Shown here: positions 1 to 8,318 of the stretch, piece after piece
How the letters are laid out: each line of letters begins with the position of its first letter
Position numbering within the stretch: the stretch's first letter is position 1
Source of the DNA: a virus
Lineage: Duplodnaviria; Caudoviricetes
Virus record (IMG/VR): IMGVR_UViG_3300037847_006237
Location: 1 to 58,778 of that record
DNA length: 58,778 bases
Direction: 5' to 3' (one strand)
Position numbers and translations under genes: made by a program
The notes under the pieces: model-generated
The model's database searches: none
The model's input: the letters and a program-made list of their open reading frames with translations, nothing else
What the model was told of the DNA's origin: nothing

Positions 1-495
1 CCAAGAGGTAAGTATGGCAACGTAGACCTAACAACATACAGTGGAGCAAAAGCAAGAAGTTGGGGGAGAAGTGGGGCAGGAGTTCCTAAATCTTTGATGC
101 CAAAAATTAAACAGCATCCTATACTAACTGTCTCAAAGGTGACAAAGTATGAAGAAGTCAGAGATCTAATTTCTAATGGATATGCTGTCACAATTGCTAG
201 TAATCAAGGGTTTAGTTCCAGAAGAGACAAAGAAGGTTTTGCTGCACCAAAGGGAAACTGGGCGCATCAAATGTGCATCCTTGGTGTAGACGATAAACAT
301 AAACGACCGGGAGTCTTGGTTCAAAATTCTTGGGGTAAATGGAACGCTGGTCCTAAAAGACACAATCAACCAGATGGATCTTTTTGGGTAGATGCAGAAG
401 AAATAGAGAAACGCATCCTATCAAAAGGAGACTCTTGGGCATTTAGCGGATACGAAGGTTTCAAACCCAGAAAACTTAATACGAGAATAATATGA
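1..495 (+). CDS. Papain-like (C1A) cysteine peptidase, C-terminal part (5' truncated by the window edge)
   Basis: Frame is open from base 1. WAHQMCILG (catalytic His region) and VLVQNSWG..W (catalytic Asn, NSWG motif) followed by DGSFWV are typical of C1A peptidases. Confidence 0.8.
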   Translation, partial: PRGKYGNVDLTTYSGAKARSWGRSGAGVPKSLMPKIKQHPILTVSKVTKYEEVRDLISNGYAVTIASNQGFSSRRDKEGFAAPKGNWAHQMCILGVDDKHKRPGVLVQNSWGKWNAGPKRHNQPDGSFWVDAEEIEKRILSKGDSWAFSGYEGFKPRKLNTRII

Positions 496-917
496 AAGAG
501 ACACCATTAAATCTTACAACTGTCGTGGTCTTGTTGGTATTTATCTTTACTATTTTTGTTGATGTTGATTCTCCAGCATCGCCAAAAGAATTTGTTATAG
601 ATAAAGCAAGATCAGAAGGTTTTGTAGCTTTTATTGTCAATGAGAAATCATTTGACTCGGAGGGAGGTGATGTTCAAAATGAATGCGAATGTAATGGCAC
701 GAAAGAACTTATCCACGGAGATGGTCATAAAACACCATGTCCCTGCACAGAAAGTCCAGAAGGATGTAAATGCAGATCCGCCCAACCTGTGACGCAAGGA
801 GAAATTAAAAATACTGAACAAGCAGTAAAATGCGAAAATGGAACCTGCTCGCCTTCCTCTTCTAATAGAGGGAGGTGGGGTAGGCCCAACCTACTCAGAA
901 GAATGCTTGGAAAATGA
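492..917 (+). CDS. Membrane-anchored or secreted Cys-rich hypothetical protein
   Basis: Hydrophobic N-terminus (VVVLLVFIFTIFV), then CECNG..GDGH..CPC..CKC and a basic C-terminus; ATGA-type overlap with the upstream gene. Confidence 0.6.
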   Translation: MKETPLNLTTVVVLLVFIFTIFVDVDSPASPKEFVIDKARSEGFVAFIVNEKSFDSEGGDVQNECECNGTKELIHGDGHKTPCPCTESPEGCKCRSAQPVTQGEIKNTEQAVKCENGTCSPSSSNRGRWGRPNLLRRMLGK

Positions 918-1207
918 AGAATCCGCATGAAGTAATGTCTTCTATCTTTTCCGAAGATGGTCTAAAAATCTCAGAATTTACCTTGAAAGTTCAGAGTGAG
1001 ACCTCTATAGACATATACAAGAGCGACGAGTCTATCATTATAGACTTTCAGGAAAACCAACCAACAGTAACTATAAAAAAAATAATAAAACTTAAATTAA
1101 CCGTAGAGGGAATCGAGCTATACAAAGATGGTGGACTATTAAAGTTAGATCGTTTCCCAGACATACCCTTTAAATACGAGTGGTTAGAAAATGAGCAACA
1201 GAATTAG
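914..1207 (+). CDS. Hypothetical protein
   Basis: 97-aa ORF overlapping both neighbours in the same orientation. Confidence 0.55.
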   Translation: MKNPHEVMSSIFSEDGLKISEFTLKVQSETSIDIYKSDESIIIDFQENQPTVTIKKIIKLKLTVEGIELYKDGGLLKLDRFPDIPFKYEWLENEQQN

Positions 1208-1505
1208 CAAAGCCTCTAACATGGTATCTTTAGAGATTGAAAATAAGTTTGCAAAAAGCAGCAGAAATAAAACAATAGCAAGATCTTGTTTGAAGCTTTG
1301 TGCAGAATGGGCAAATGTAAAACAAAGCGCACTAGAAGATTTTAGCAAATACCAAGCTAAGAAGTCTTGCAGAAAATACGTAAAAGAAAATCTAAAAGAA
1401 GAAGTTGCTGGCAGCGCGTTGGTCAGTATATTGTTTAGCGTAATTGTTAAACTTATTATTGAATGGGTTTTAGAAAATTATATTAGAAACCTGCTTAAAA
1501 AATAA
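1191..1505 (+). CDS. Hypothetical protein with a C-terminal hydrophobic helix
   Basis: 104-aa ORF; SALVSILFSVIVKLIIEWVL is a putative transmembrane segment. Confidence 0.55.
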   Translation: MSNRISKASNMVSLEIENKFAKSSRNKTIARSCLKLCAEWANVKQSALEDFSKYQAKKSCRKYVKENLKEEVAGSALVSILFSVIVKLIIEWVLENYIRNLLKK

Positions 1506-1557
1506 TCTTGTTAGCCAGCGAGATCCAGAGAACTTTATCGAGAGTTGGACAATTTTA

Positions 1558-2448
1558 ATGAAAATACTTTACACGCCTGCCGACTTTCCAGAACCTTTAG
1601 ACTATCAGTTTTCAATCATTGACACTGAGTCGTTAGATATACAAAATTACGGCCACTTTATTGAAATAAATGAAGATAAGTTTTATGGATCGCAAGCAAG
1701 ACATAGAGCCAGCAGACCGTTTGGGGTTTCTTGGAATCAAGAAAACCTATTTGTAGCCAACAGAACAAATCTAATCAAGTTTGATAAGAACCTAAATCAA
1801 ACAAATCATTACGATATTTATCACGGTAATCCACATCAAATATTAGAAATAGAAGGTAAAATATACGCCGCCGACACTTGTATAAATTGCATAAACGTTT
1901 TTGATATTGAGTCAGAAAAAGTACAAAAATTATTTGACCCCGTAAAACAAGAAGAAGTAACGATAAATGCGCCCGTCCACTACAGACACATGGACAAGAA
2001 TCATATAAATAGCCTACACTATGATGGAGAATTTATCTATGTTTTACTGCATAATTGGGGAAGGCACTTTAGCGAATATTTGAAACTGGATTTAGAATTA
2101 AAATTAGTAAAAAGAAAAGAATTCGTTGCAAAACTGGCTCATTGTGTGTATTTAGATAAGGGAATAGTTTGTACGCTAGATACGGGAACTTCGCACTGTA
2201 TAGTAAGAGAAGATAACTCCTGCGTAAGACTTAGAACTTTTGCAGAAGACTTCATCAGGGGGTATGCAGCGAATGAAGATTTTCATATTGTTGGAGCCAC
2301 AAACAGAGATAAGATGAAAGCTAGACTTATTTTTATCAATAAAAAAACATTAGAACAAACAGAATTAAACTTAAACTGCCGAGACTTTGCCGAATTGCGT
2401 CTTATAGATGAGTTTGATTATTCACATAACAAGGAGAGTTTCCTATGA
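1558..2448 (+). CDS. Beta-propeller-like protein
   Basis: Repeated blade-like motifs (RPFGVSW..NLFVAN, NPHQILE..IYAADT..INVFD, HINSLHY..FIYVLLH, FIRGYA). Confidence 0.5.
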   Translation: MKILYTPADFPEPLDYQFSIIDTESLDIQNYGHFIEINEDKFYGSQARHRASRPFGVSWNQENLFVANRTNLIKFDKNLNQTNHYDIYHGNPHQILEIEGKIYAADTCINCINVFDIESEKVQKLFDPVKQEEVTINAPVHYRHMDKNHINSLHYDGEFIYVLLHNWGRHFSEYLKLDLELKLVKRKEFVAKLAHCVYLDKGIVCTLDTGTSHCIVREDNSCVRLRTFAEDFIRGYAANEDFHIVGATNRDKMKARLIFINKKTLEQTELNLNCRDFAELRLIDEFDYSHNKESFL

Positions 2449-3107
2449 TTTATCCCGGAATGTATGAATTAAAAGACCCAAGTATTTTTAGCGCGATAGA
2501 GGCAGAAATACAGTCAGGAATAGATTCTCTTGGAGATTTGTCTCAGTACAATAACGCACTTGATTTACCAGAAGATTTTGATATGGATGCAGAGTTTTCT
2601 ATGGAAACCTTAGCCGCAATTGAGGCTAGCGAGTCTATTCCAGCAACCTTGTCTAGACTTGTCACCTTTGGAGAAGATGATGACACGTCTATAAACCCAG
2701 AAATACAGAACATAAACAAATTGGGATGGAAATATTATAATTTCTTCGCTGCCACTAGGGGTTTAGCTTGTCCTTCAATGGTGGGCGGCATGAGCTTTTT
2801 TCCTGTGGATGGATTTGTTGGACTCCACAACAATTACTCCGCAGCAGAATATTGGATTTTAAGTATATCTTGGACTGAATCTGATGACGGGTTTGAATAC
2901 ATTTACCATGAAGTTGACAACAATGAGATTAAGCAATCAAGCACTACTCAAGGGTTCAACTATAGAATATACAACTGCCCAAATCCAGAACATGGAAAAC
3001 TATATCAAGGAAGAAAAGCCTCTGCAAACTCTTTTGAGTGGCAGATCTCTTTAGGTAGAGAAGTATGCCAAAGAATATGTCAAGACTGGAAGGGTTTGAG
3101 AGCATGA
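2445..3107 (+). CDS. Cupin/2OG-Fe(II) oxygenase-like protein, possibly degenerate paralog of the next gene
   Basis: FFPVDGFVGLHNN aligns with YPKNGYMGWHNN of the next ORF; there is no obvious distal His. Confidence 0.4.
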   Translation: MIYPGMYELKDPSIFSAIEAEIQSGIDSLGDLSQYNNALDLPEDFDMDAEFSMETLAAIEASESIPATLSRLVTFGEDDDTSINPEIQNINKLGWKYYNFFAATRGLACPSMVGGMSFFPVDGFVGLHNNYSAAEYWILSISWTESDDGFEYIYHEVDNNEIKQSSTTQGFNYRIYNCPNPEHGKLYQGRKASANSFEWQISLGREVCQRICQDWKGLRA

Positions 3108-3751
3108 GAAGTGAGAGAAGGCATTATTCACTTAGGGACGATCTAAAGGCAGAACTGTCTGAATCGCTAAGTGGCATATTAGAAAAATACGAAATTTTAA
3201 AAGGATACTCCGTAGAGCAAAGAAACAACGAATACTACACCAGTAGAGAATTTTTAGATTTAGTAAAAGAAAGTGTTAAACTCAAGCAGGCAAAATATAT
3301 AAATTTAAATTCAAATTCAAATTGCAAATCTACGATTCCTCTGGGTGAATCCACAGCGGGGCAACCGTTTGGCGCTGAGATTCATGATTGTATCTCCTCG
3401 TTTGTTGCTAGTAATTCAGATTTGCCAAAAAAAGACTGTAGTAATACCGGAAGAATGTTATATCCAAAAAACGGTTATATGGGTTGGCATAACAACTCAA
3501 GAGTTGGATGGAGGATTTACTGCACATATTGCGTGGAAGATGCTAAATCATACTTTAGATATGAAGATGACAACGGAGAACTTGTTGACTGCCCAGAAAA
3601 CAAAGGTTGGAATTTTAGATTTTTCTATATAAGAGATACATTTTCACCCTTCTGGCATTCAATTTACACTGAAACTGAACGTGTTGCTATTGGCACTTAC
3701 TTAGGTAAAGATCAAAACAAAATACAAAACTTACTAGGAGAAATAAAATGA
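3104..3751 (+). CDS. Cupin/2OG-Fe(II) oxygenase-like protein
   Basis: YPKNGYMGWHNN, a distal FWH and RVAIG resemble the DSBH H-x-x...H...R-x-x pattern. Start placed at the ATGA overlap at 3104. Confidence 0.55.
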   Translation: MRSERRHYSLRDDLKAELSESLSGILEKYEILKGYSVEQRNNEYYTSREFLDLVKESVKLKQAKYINLNSNSNCKSTIPLGESTAGQPFGAEIHDCISSFVASNSDLPKKDCSNTGRMLYPKNGYMGWHNNSRVGWRIYCTYCVEDAKSYFRYEDDNGELVDCPENKGWNFRFFYIRDTFSPFWHSIYTETERVAIGTYLGKDQNKIQNLLGEIK

Positions 3752-5073
3752 CCCTACTTCATATAGAAGGATTTGATGTAATAGATTCTACAGCCAAAAG
3801 CACTTTGACTGGTATAGATATGTCTCATCAAGCGAAACAAACTTTAGGCTCAAACAGTACTTATACTGCTGATCCGGGATCTTTGACTGCATTTGATGTC
3901 ACAGGAAGATACACTGGTAGCACTTGTCTTCAATTAAATCATGAGCAACATACAGCAAGAGTAGACAATGAAGATGGTAGCACCAGTTATACAGGAAATA
4001 CCGGAACTTGGTCTAGGATTCCATTCGCAGAGCAGCAGGCTCTTGGGAGTTTTACATTTGGTTTTGCGTTTAAAACATCTGCTATAAATTCCACTCATGA
4101 AACCACTATTGCTTCTATTGCTGACAACAACGGGAACCCACTGCTTCTTTTGTCTTACAATACATCTGGCTATCTAAAAGCATACTTGTTTAATAATAGC
4201 AACGCTACATACGCTAGAACTTTTAGGGCCGGGCTTGCTAGTATTCCGTCTTCCGACAGTGTTTCAAACAACGGGAACCACAAGCAGAAAAACTTTGTTC
4301 AAGACGAATATGTAAATGCGGGTGGTTCTACAACGGATCATAGCCCTTTGGGTACTGGAAGCACTGCGCTTGTCGCCGATACATGGTATACGATAGAGTG
4401 TCAAATAGTTGAAAACTCCAGTAAAAACTATAGCTTAGAATTGAGATTAGATGATGTTGTACAGGTAGATAGCGATAGTAATGCTGTTTCAAATAATACG
4501 TGCGCAAATCTTCATGAAGTAATTTTCTTGAATGCTTTTCTACTGGATCATTCTGATAACTCCGCTCAAACAACTGAGCATAATCATTTCTTTGATGATT
4601 TTTACTTTTTGGACGATGCGGGCAGTAATAACACCGACTTTCTTGGGTCTGGGATGAGGGTTCAAGGACTGCCGCTTGGTTCTGCTGGTACTGCTTTTAC
4701 TCAAAACTTCTCCGTAACTTCGGGAACCATTGCTGGCAACTTAGGAGATTTTGATACCAGTACTGTGGCAACCTTAGCCAATCCCGGATCGGGTATCTTT
4801 GATGTGTCAGATCCAGAAACCGTTAAAACGGGAAATGGAATTAGATACATAGCTACTGCAAAGTACGCAACAGGAGCTACAAACTTGGAGTTCTTTACAA
4901 GAACCAATAGCGCTAACCATCCTGCCAGCGGAGCTATACACGATGGAAGCGCAATAGCTTTAACTAGTAGCTTCAATACCTATCAAGAGATACAAGAACT
5001 AAATCCGGCCACAAGTGCTAATTACAACGAGGCAGAGTTGGACGCAATTCAGATCGGATTAAGAGCTAGCTAA
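3748..5073 (+). CDS. Putative virion structural/lectin-like (LamG/concanavalin-like) protein
   Basis: S/T/G/N-rich. LLHIEGFD N-terminus, FTFGFAF, WYTIECQI..ELRLD and FFDDFYFLD..DFLG suggest a beta-sandwich. GGAG RBS. Confidence 0.5.
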   Translation: MTLLHIEGFDVIDSTAKSTLTGIDMSHQAKQTLGSNSTYTADPGSLTAFDVTGRYTGSTCLQLNHEQHTARVDNEDGSTSYTGNTGTWSRIPFAEQQALGSFTFGFAFKTSAINSTHETTIASIADNNGNPLLLLSYNTSGYLKAYLFNNSNATYARTFRAGLASIPSSDSVSNNGNHKQKNFVQDEYVNAGGSTTDHSPLGTGSTALVADTWYTIECQIVENSSKNYSLELRLDDVVQVDSDSNAVSNNTCANLHEVIFLNAFLLDHSDNSAQTTEHNHFFDDFYFLDDAGSNNTDFLGSGMRVQGLPLGSAGTAFTQNFSVTSGTIAGNLGDFDTSTVATLANPGSGIFDVSDPETVKTGNGIRYIATAKYATGATNLEFFTRTNSANHPASGAIHDGSAIALTSSFNTYQEIQELNPATSANYNEAELDAIQIGLRAS

Positions 5074-5109
5074 AATTTATATATTTGTAGCTTTTATACG
5101 TGTAAGTTT

Positions 5110-5174
5110 ATCTAAAATTGTATAATTTTAGATTGGCTTTTTGTAGATTTGAAACTATAATAGATCATCTATTA
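5110..5174 (+). promoter_or_regulatory. Sigma70-type promoter of nrdJ flanked by two palindromes
   Basis: TTGGCT (5133-5138), 17 bp, TATAAT (5156-5161). Inverted repeats ATCTAAAATT-gtat-AATTTTAGAT (5110-5133) and TAATAGAT-c-ATCTATTA (5158-5174). Confidence 0.6.
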
Positions 5175-5202
5175 AACACTTTACAGGACGAGGAACGAAT
5201 AA

Positions 5203-7425
5203 ATGTCATTGAAATCCCTTATGGATTATACTTTTGTAAGCAAATATGCGAGATGGATACCGGAAAAGAAAAGAAGAGAAACGTGGAACGAGGCAGTGGA
5301 TAGAGTCAAGCAGATGATGCTTGATAAATATGTCTACCAAGAAAATGAAAACGGAACATACCCATACAAACCAGAAGTTGCAGAGGAAATTGAATGGGCA
5401 TATGAACAGATGCGTAAAAAGCGTGTGCTTGGTAGTCAACGCGCTTTACAATTTGGTGGATCGCCAATCTTTAAGCATAATGCAAGAATGTATAATTGCA
5501 TTGTGTCTTTCTGTGATAGAACTAGATTCTTTCAAGAGTGTATGTATCTACTTCTTTGTGGATGCGGGACAGGGTTCAGTGTGCAAAAGCACCACATAGA
5601 TAAACTACCAGACCTTTTACCTAAAAAAGAGGGAAGTAAAAAATATGTTATACCTGATACGATTGAGGGATGGAGTGATGCTGTCGGAGTCCTCGTATCA
5701 AGTTATTTTGATCAGTTCCTTGGGGAAGAGTTGTTTGTAGAGTATTCTGGTAAGAATGTAAACTTTGATTACAGTCAAATCAGACCGGCTGGAGCATATC
5801 TTAAATCTAGCGGAGGGAAAGCACCGGGACCAGAGCCTCTTAAAAAGGCTCTAAGTAATATCAGGAAAATTTTAGACAGGGCATTGAAAGATGGACAAAA
5901 GAAACTCTCCCCCATCCAAGCTTACGATATTGTTATGCATACCGCTGACGCTGTTATTTCTGGTGGGGTTCGTCGTAGTGCTACCATTTGCGTATTTAGC
6001 CCTGACGATAAAGAGATGGCGACTGCTAAAACAGGAACTTGGTTTATCGACAACCCTCAAAGAGGTAGATCAAATAATTCAGCACTACTACTTAGAGACA
6101 AAACCACAAAAGAAGAATTCACAGAACTGATGAAGTCCGTGAAAGAGTTTGGTGAGCCGGGATTTGTTTGGTCAGATAGCACAGAACTGCTTGTCAACCC
6201 TTGCGTTGAAATTGGCATGTGGCCTGTTTGTGAGAAAACAAAAGAGTCAGGATGGCAGGCTTGCAACCTGTCAACAATTAATTGTGCAAAAATTAAAACG
6301 GAACAAGACTTTTTTGATGCTTGTCGTGCCGCTACTATTATTGGTACGTTGCAGGCAGGTTTCTCAGAGTTTGAATATCTGGGTGGGGCATCAGAAAGAA
6401 TTATTTCAAGAGAAGCTTTGCTTGGCGTAAGCATGACGGGGATCATGGAGCAGCATGAAATCTGCTTAGACCCAACCGCACAAAAGCGCGGTGCTACTAT
6501 CGTCAAAAAAACGAATAAAAAGATTGCAGAGATGATTGGTATCAATCAGGCCGCTCGTACTACCTGTATCAAGCCAGAAGGTACTTCAAGCTGCATCCTT
6601 GGAACATCTAGTGGTATCCATCCACATCACGCTAAAAGATACATCCGTCGCGTCCAAGCTAATAAGATGGAACCAATATATAACTATTTTAAAGAAGTAA
6701 ATCCCAGAGCTTGCGAAGAAAGCGTATGGAGCAATAATGAAAGCGATGACGTTGTTGGGTTTTGTGTAGAGGTTCCAGATGGAAGTAAAACTAAGAACGG
6801 TGTAGATGCTACTCAGTTGTTGGATTATGTAAAGTCTACGCAGCAAAACTGGGTAATAAACGGTACTAATAAAGACCTATGCACACAACCTTGGTTAGTT
6901 CATAACGTAAGTAATACTATTAATATTAAACCAGACGAATGGGAAGAAGTAGAGAAATATATTTATAAGAATAGAAAGTATTTCTGTGGTATTTCTTTGC
7001 TTCCTATTTCTGGAGACAAAGATTACCCGCAAGCTCCATTTACTACAGTTTATCTGCCAAGCGAGCAGGTTGCACATTACGGTGACGCATCATTGTTTGT
7101 AAGCGGATTGATTGAGGTTGCACTGACACTTTGGGAAGACAACTTGTGGGCGGCGTGTGACAGTCTACTTGGAGTCGGAGAAAAAATTAAAGGCAATGGT
7201 AAAAAGGCTTGGAAAGAGCGATGCGAAAGATTTTCTGAAAAATACTTTAGCGGAGACCTTCGCAAGCTTACTTATTGCATGAAAGATGTGTATAATTGGA
7301 AGGAGTGGGTAGACATGAATAGAGAATATGCAGATGTTGACTTTACAAACGTCATAGAAGAAACCAATAACGTAAAGCCAGAACAAGAAATAGCTTGTGC
7401 TGGTGGCAAATGTGACATAATTTAA
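5203..7425 (+). CDS. nrdJ: Class II (adenosylcobalamin-dependent) ribonucleotide reductase
   Basis: KYAR..RRETW, MYNC, GCGTGFSV, GGVRRSA, catalytic NPCVE, ACNL, TCIKPEGTSS and a C-terminal CAGGKC Cys pair. No adjacent small-subunit gene. Confidence 0.92.
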   Translation: MSLKSLMDYTFVSKYARWIPEKKRRETWNEAVDRVKQMMLDKYVYQENENGTYPYKPEVAEEIEWAYEQMRKKRVLGSQRALQFGGSPIFKHNARMYNCIVSFCDRTRFFQECMYLLLCGCGTGFSVQKHHIDKLPDLLPKKEGSKKYVIPDTIEGWSDAVGVLVSSYFDQFLGEELFVEYSGKNVNFDYSQIRPAGAYLKSSGGKAPGPEPLKKALSNIRKILDRALKDGQKKLSPIQAYDIVMHTADAVISGGVRRSATICVFSPDDKEMATAKTGTWFIDNPQRGRSNNSALLLRDKTTKEEFTELMKSVKEFGEPGFVWSDSTELLVNPCVEIGMWPVCEKTKESGWQACNLSTINCAKIKTEQDFFDACRAATIIGTLQAGFSEFEYLGGASERIISREALLGVSMTGIMEQHEICLDPTAQKRGATIVKKTNKKIAEMIGINQAARTTCIKPEGTSSCILGTSSGIHPHHAKRYIRRVQANKMEPIYNYFKEVNPRACEESVWSNNESDDVVGFCVEVPDGSKTKNGVDATQLLDYVKSTQQNWVINGTNKDLCTQPWLVHNVSNTINIKPDEWEEVEKYIYKNRKYFCGISLLPISGDKDYPQAPFTTVYLPSEQVAHYGDASLFVSGLIEVALTLWEDNLWAACDSLLGVGEKIKGNGKKAWKERCERFSEKYFSGDLRKLTYCMKDVYNWKEWVDMNREYADVDFTNVIEETNNVKPEQEIACAGGKCDII

Positions 7426-7437
7426 TTAGGCATAAAA

Positions 7438-8292
7438 ATGGCAGAAATCATCTTAAAGATAGGAAGCTCTGAGCTTTGGGACGATGGCGATGTGGCAGAG
7501 GCTGTAAATGACAGAATTACAAGCTCTACGCACGTTCAACTTTTAGCAGACCCCAAAAAAGAAGGGTTTAACTCTTCTGGATTAAGGCCAGACGGTCTTG
7601 GTAAGGCTTACTCAGACTGTATGTACCAATACAGATTTGAAAGAGTTTCAAAAACAGAGGTCATTAGAGTAGAACTGGATAATACAGGCGCTCCGATTGT
7701 AGACTCAGACGAGCTTTTTGGCCCAGAGGCAATCAATGTAGAAGAGTTTGTTTTCAGAAGATATAGAAATCCTAATCACAGGCTTTTCGGAGCTAGGGGC
7801 GCAGAGATCTGGTATGGTGGACAATTTTCTAGCGATTTAGACGCGATAGATAATGCTTGGACTAAGATAGAGTCTTACACAGACAAAACTAGAACTCAAG
7901 ATGAATTTAAATATTTTCCTTTAGGTGTACTAGATAAAAAGCACTTTCTCGCTGTGCCAATGGAAGACTTCGTAGACGAGGCTTTGGCGGAAAAGAAAGA
8001 GCCACTATGGAAGATAAATGAAAATGGCCTATACCTGTGGACTAGGGTCAACGATGACAGTTCCACATCAGAGGTTTATTCTCAAGATCAGCCCGAAGAG
8101 GGCTGGGAGAAGGTTTATGAGAAAAACAGAGTAAGAAATGTAGACTGGAGAAATAAGCTAGATGGTTTGGTAGACCCATCGCAAGTTCTAGATCCAGAAA
8201 CTTCTGTGGATATTAGGCTAACCGCTCCAAATCAGTCTAGAGATATACAAAAAACAAAATATAATAATGAAAACATATCTCCAATCAGATAG
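7438..8292 (+). CDS. Hypothetical protein
   Basis: 284-aa acidic ORF with no recognisable motif. Confidence 0.6.
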   Translation: MAEIILKIGSSELWDDGDVAEAVNDRITSSTHVQLLADPKKEGFNSSGLRPDGLGKAYSDCMYQYRFERVSKTEVIRVELDNTGAPIVDSDELFGPEAINVEEFVFRRYRNPNHRLFGARGAEIWYGGQFSSDLDAIDNAWTKIESYTDKTRTQDEFKYFPLGVLDKKHFLAVPMEDFVDEALAEKKEPLWKINENGLYLWTRVNDDSSTSEVYSQDQPEEGWEKVYEKNRVRNVDWRNKLDGLVDPSQVLDPETSVDIRLTAPNQSRDIQKTKYNNENISPIR

Positions 8293-8318
8293 CATAGCGG
8301 CTCGAAAGGATATAGAAA

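Noticed and set aside
5074-5202. Cobalamin riboswitch upstream of nrdJ
   Set aside because: The region is short, very AT-rich and lacks B12-box motifs; the predicted leader is only about 35 nt.
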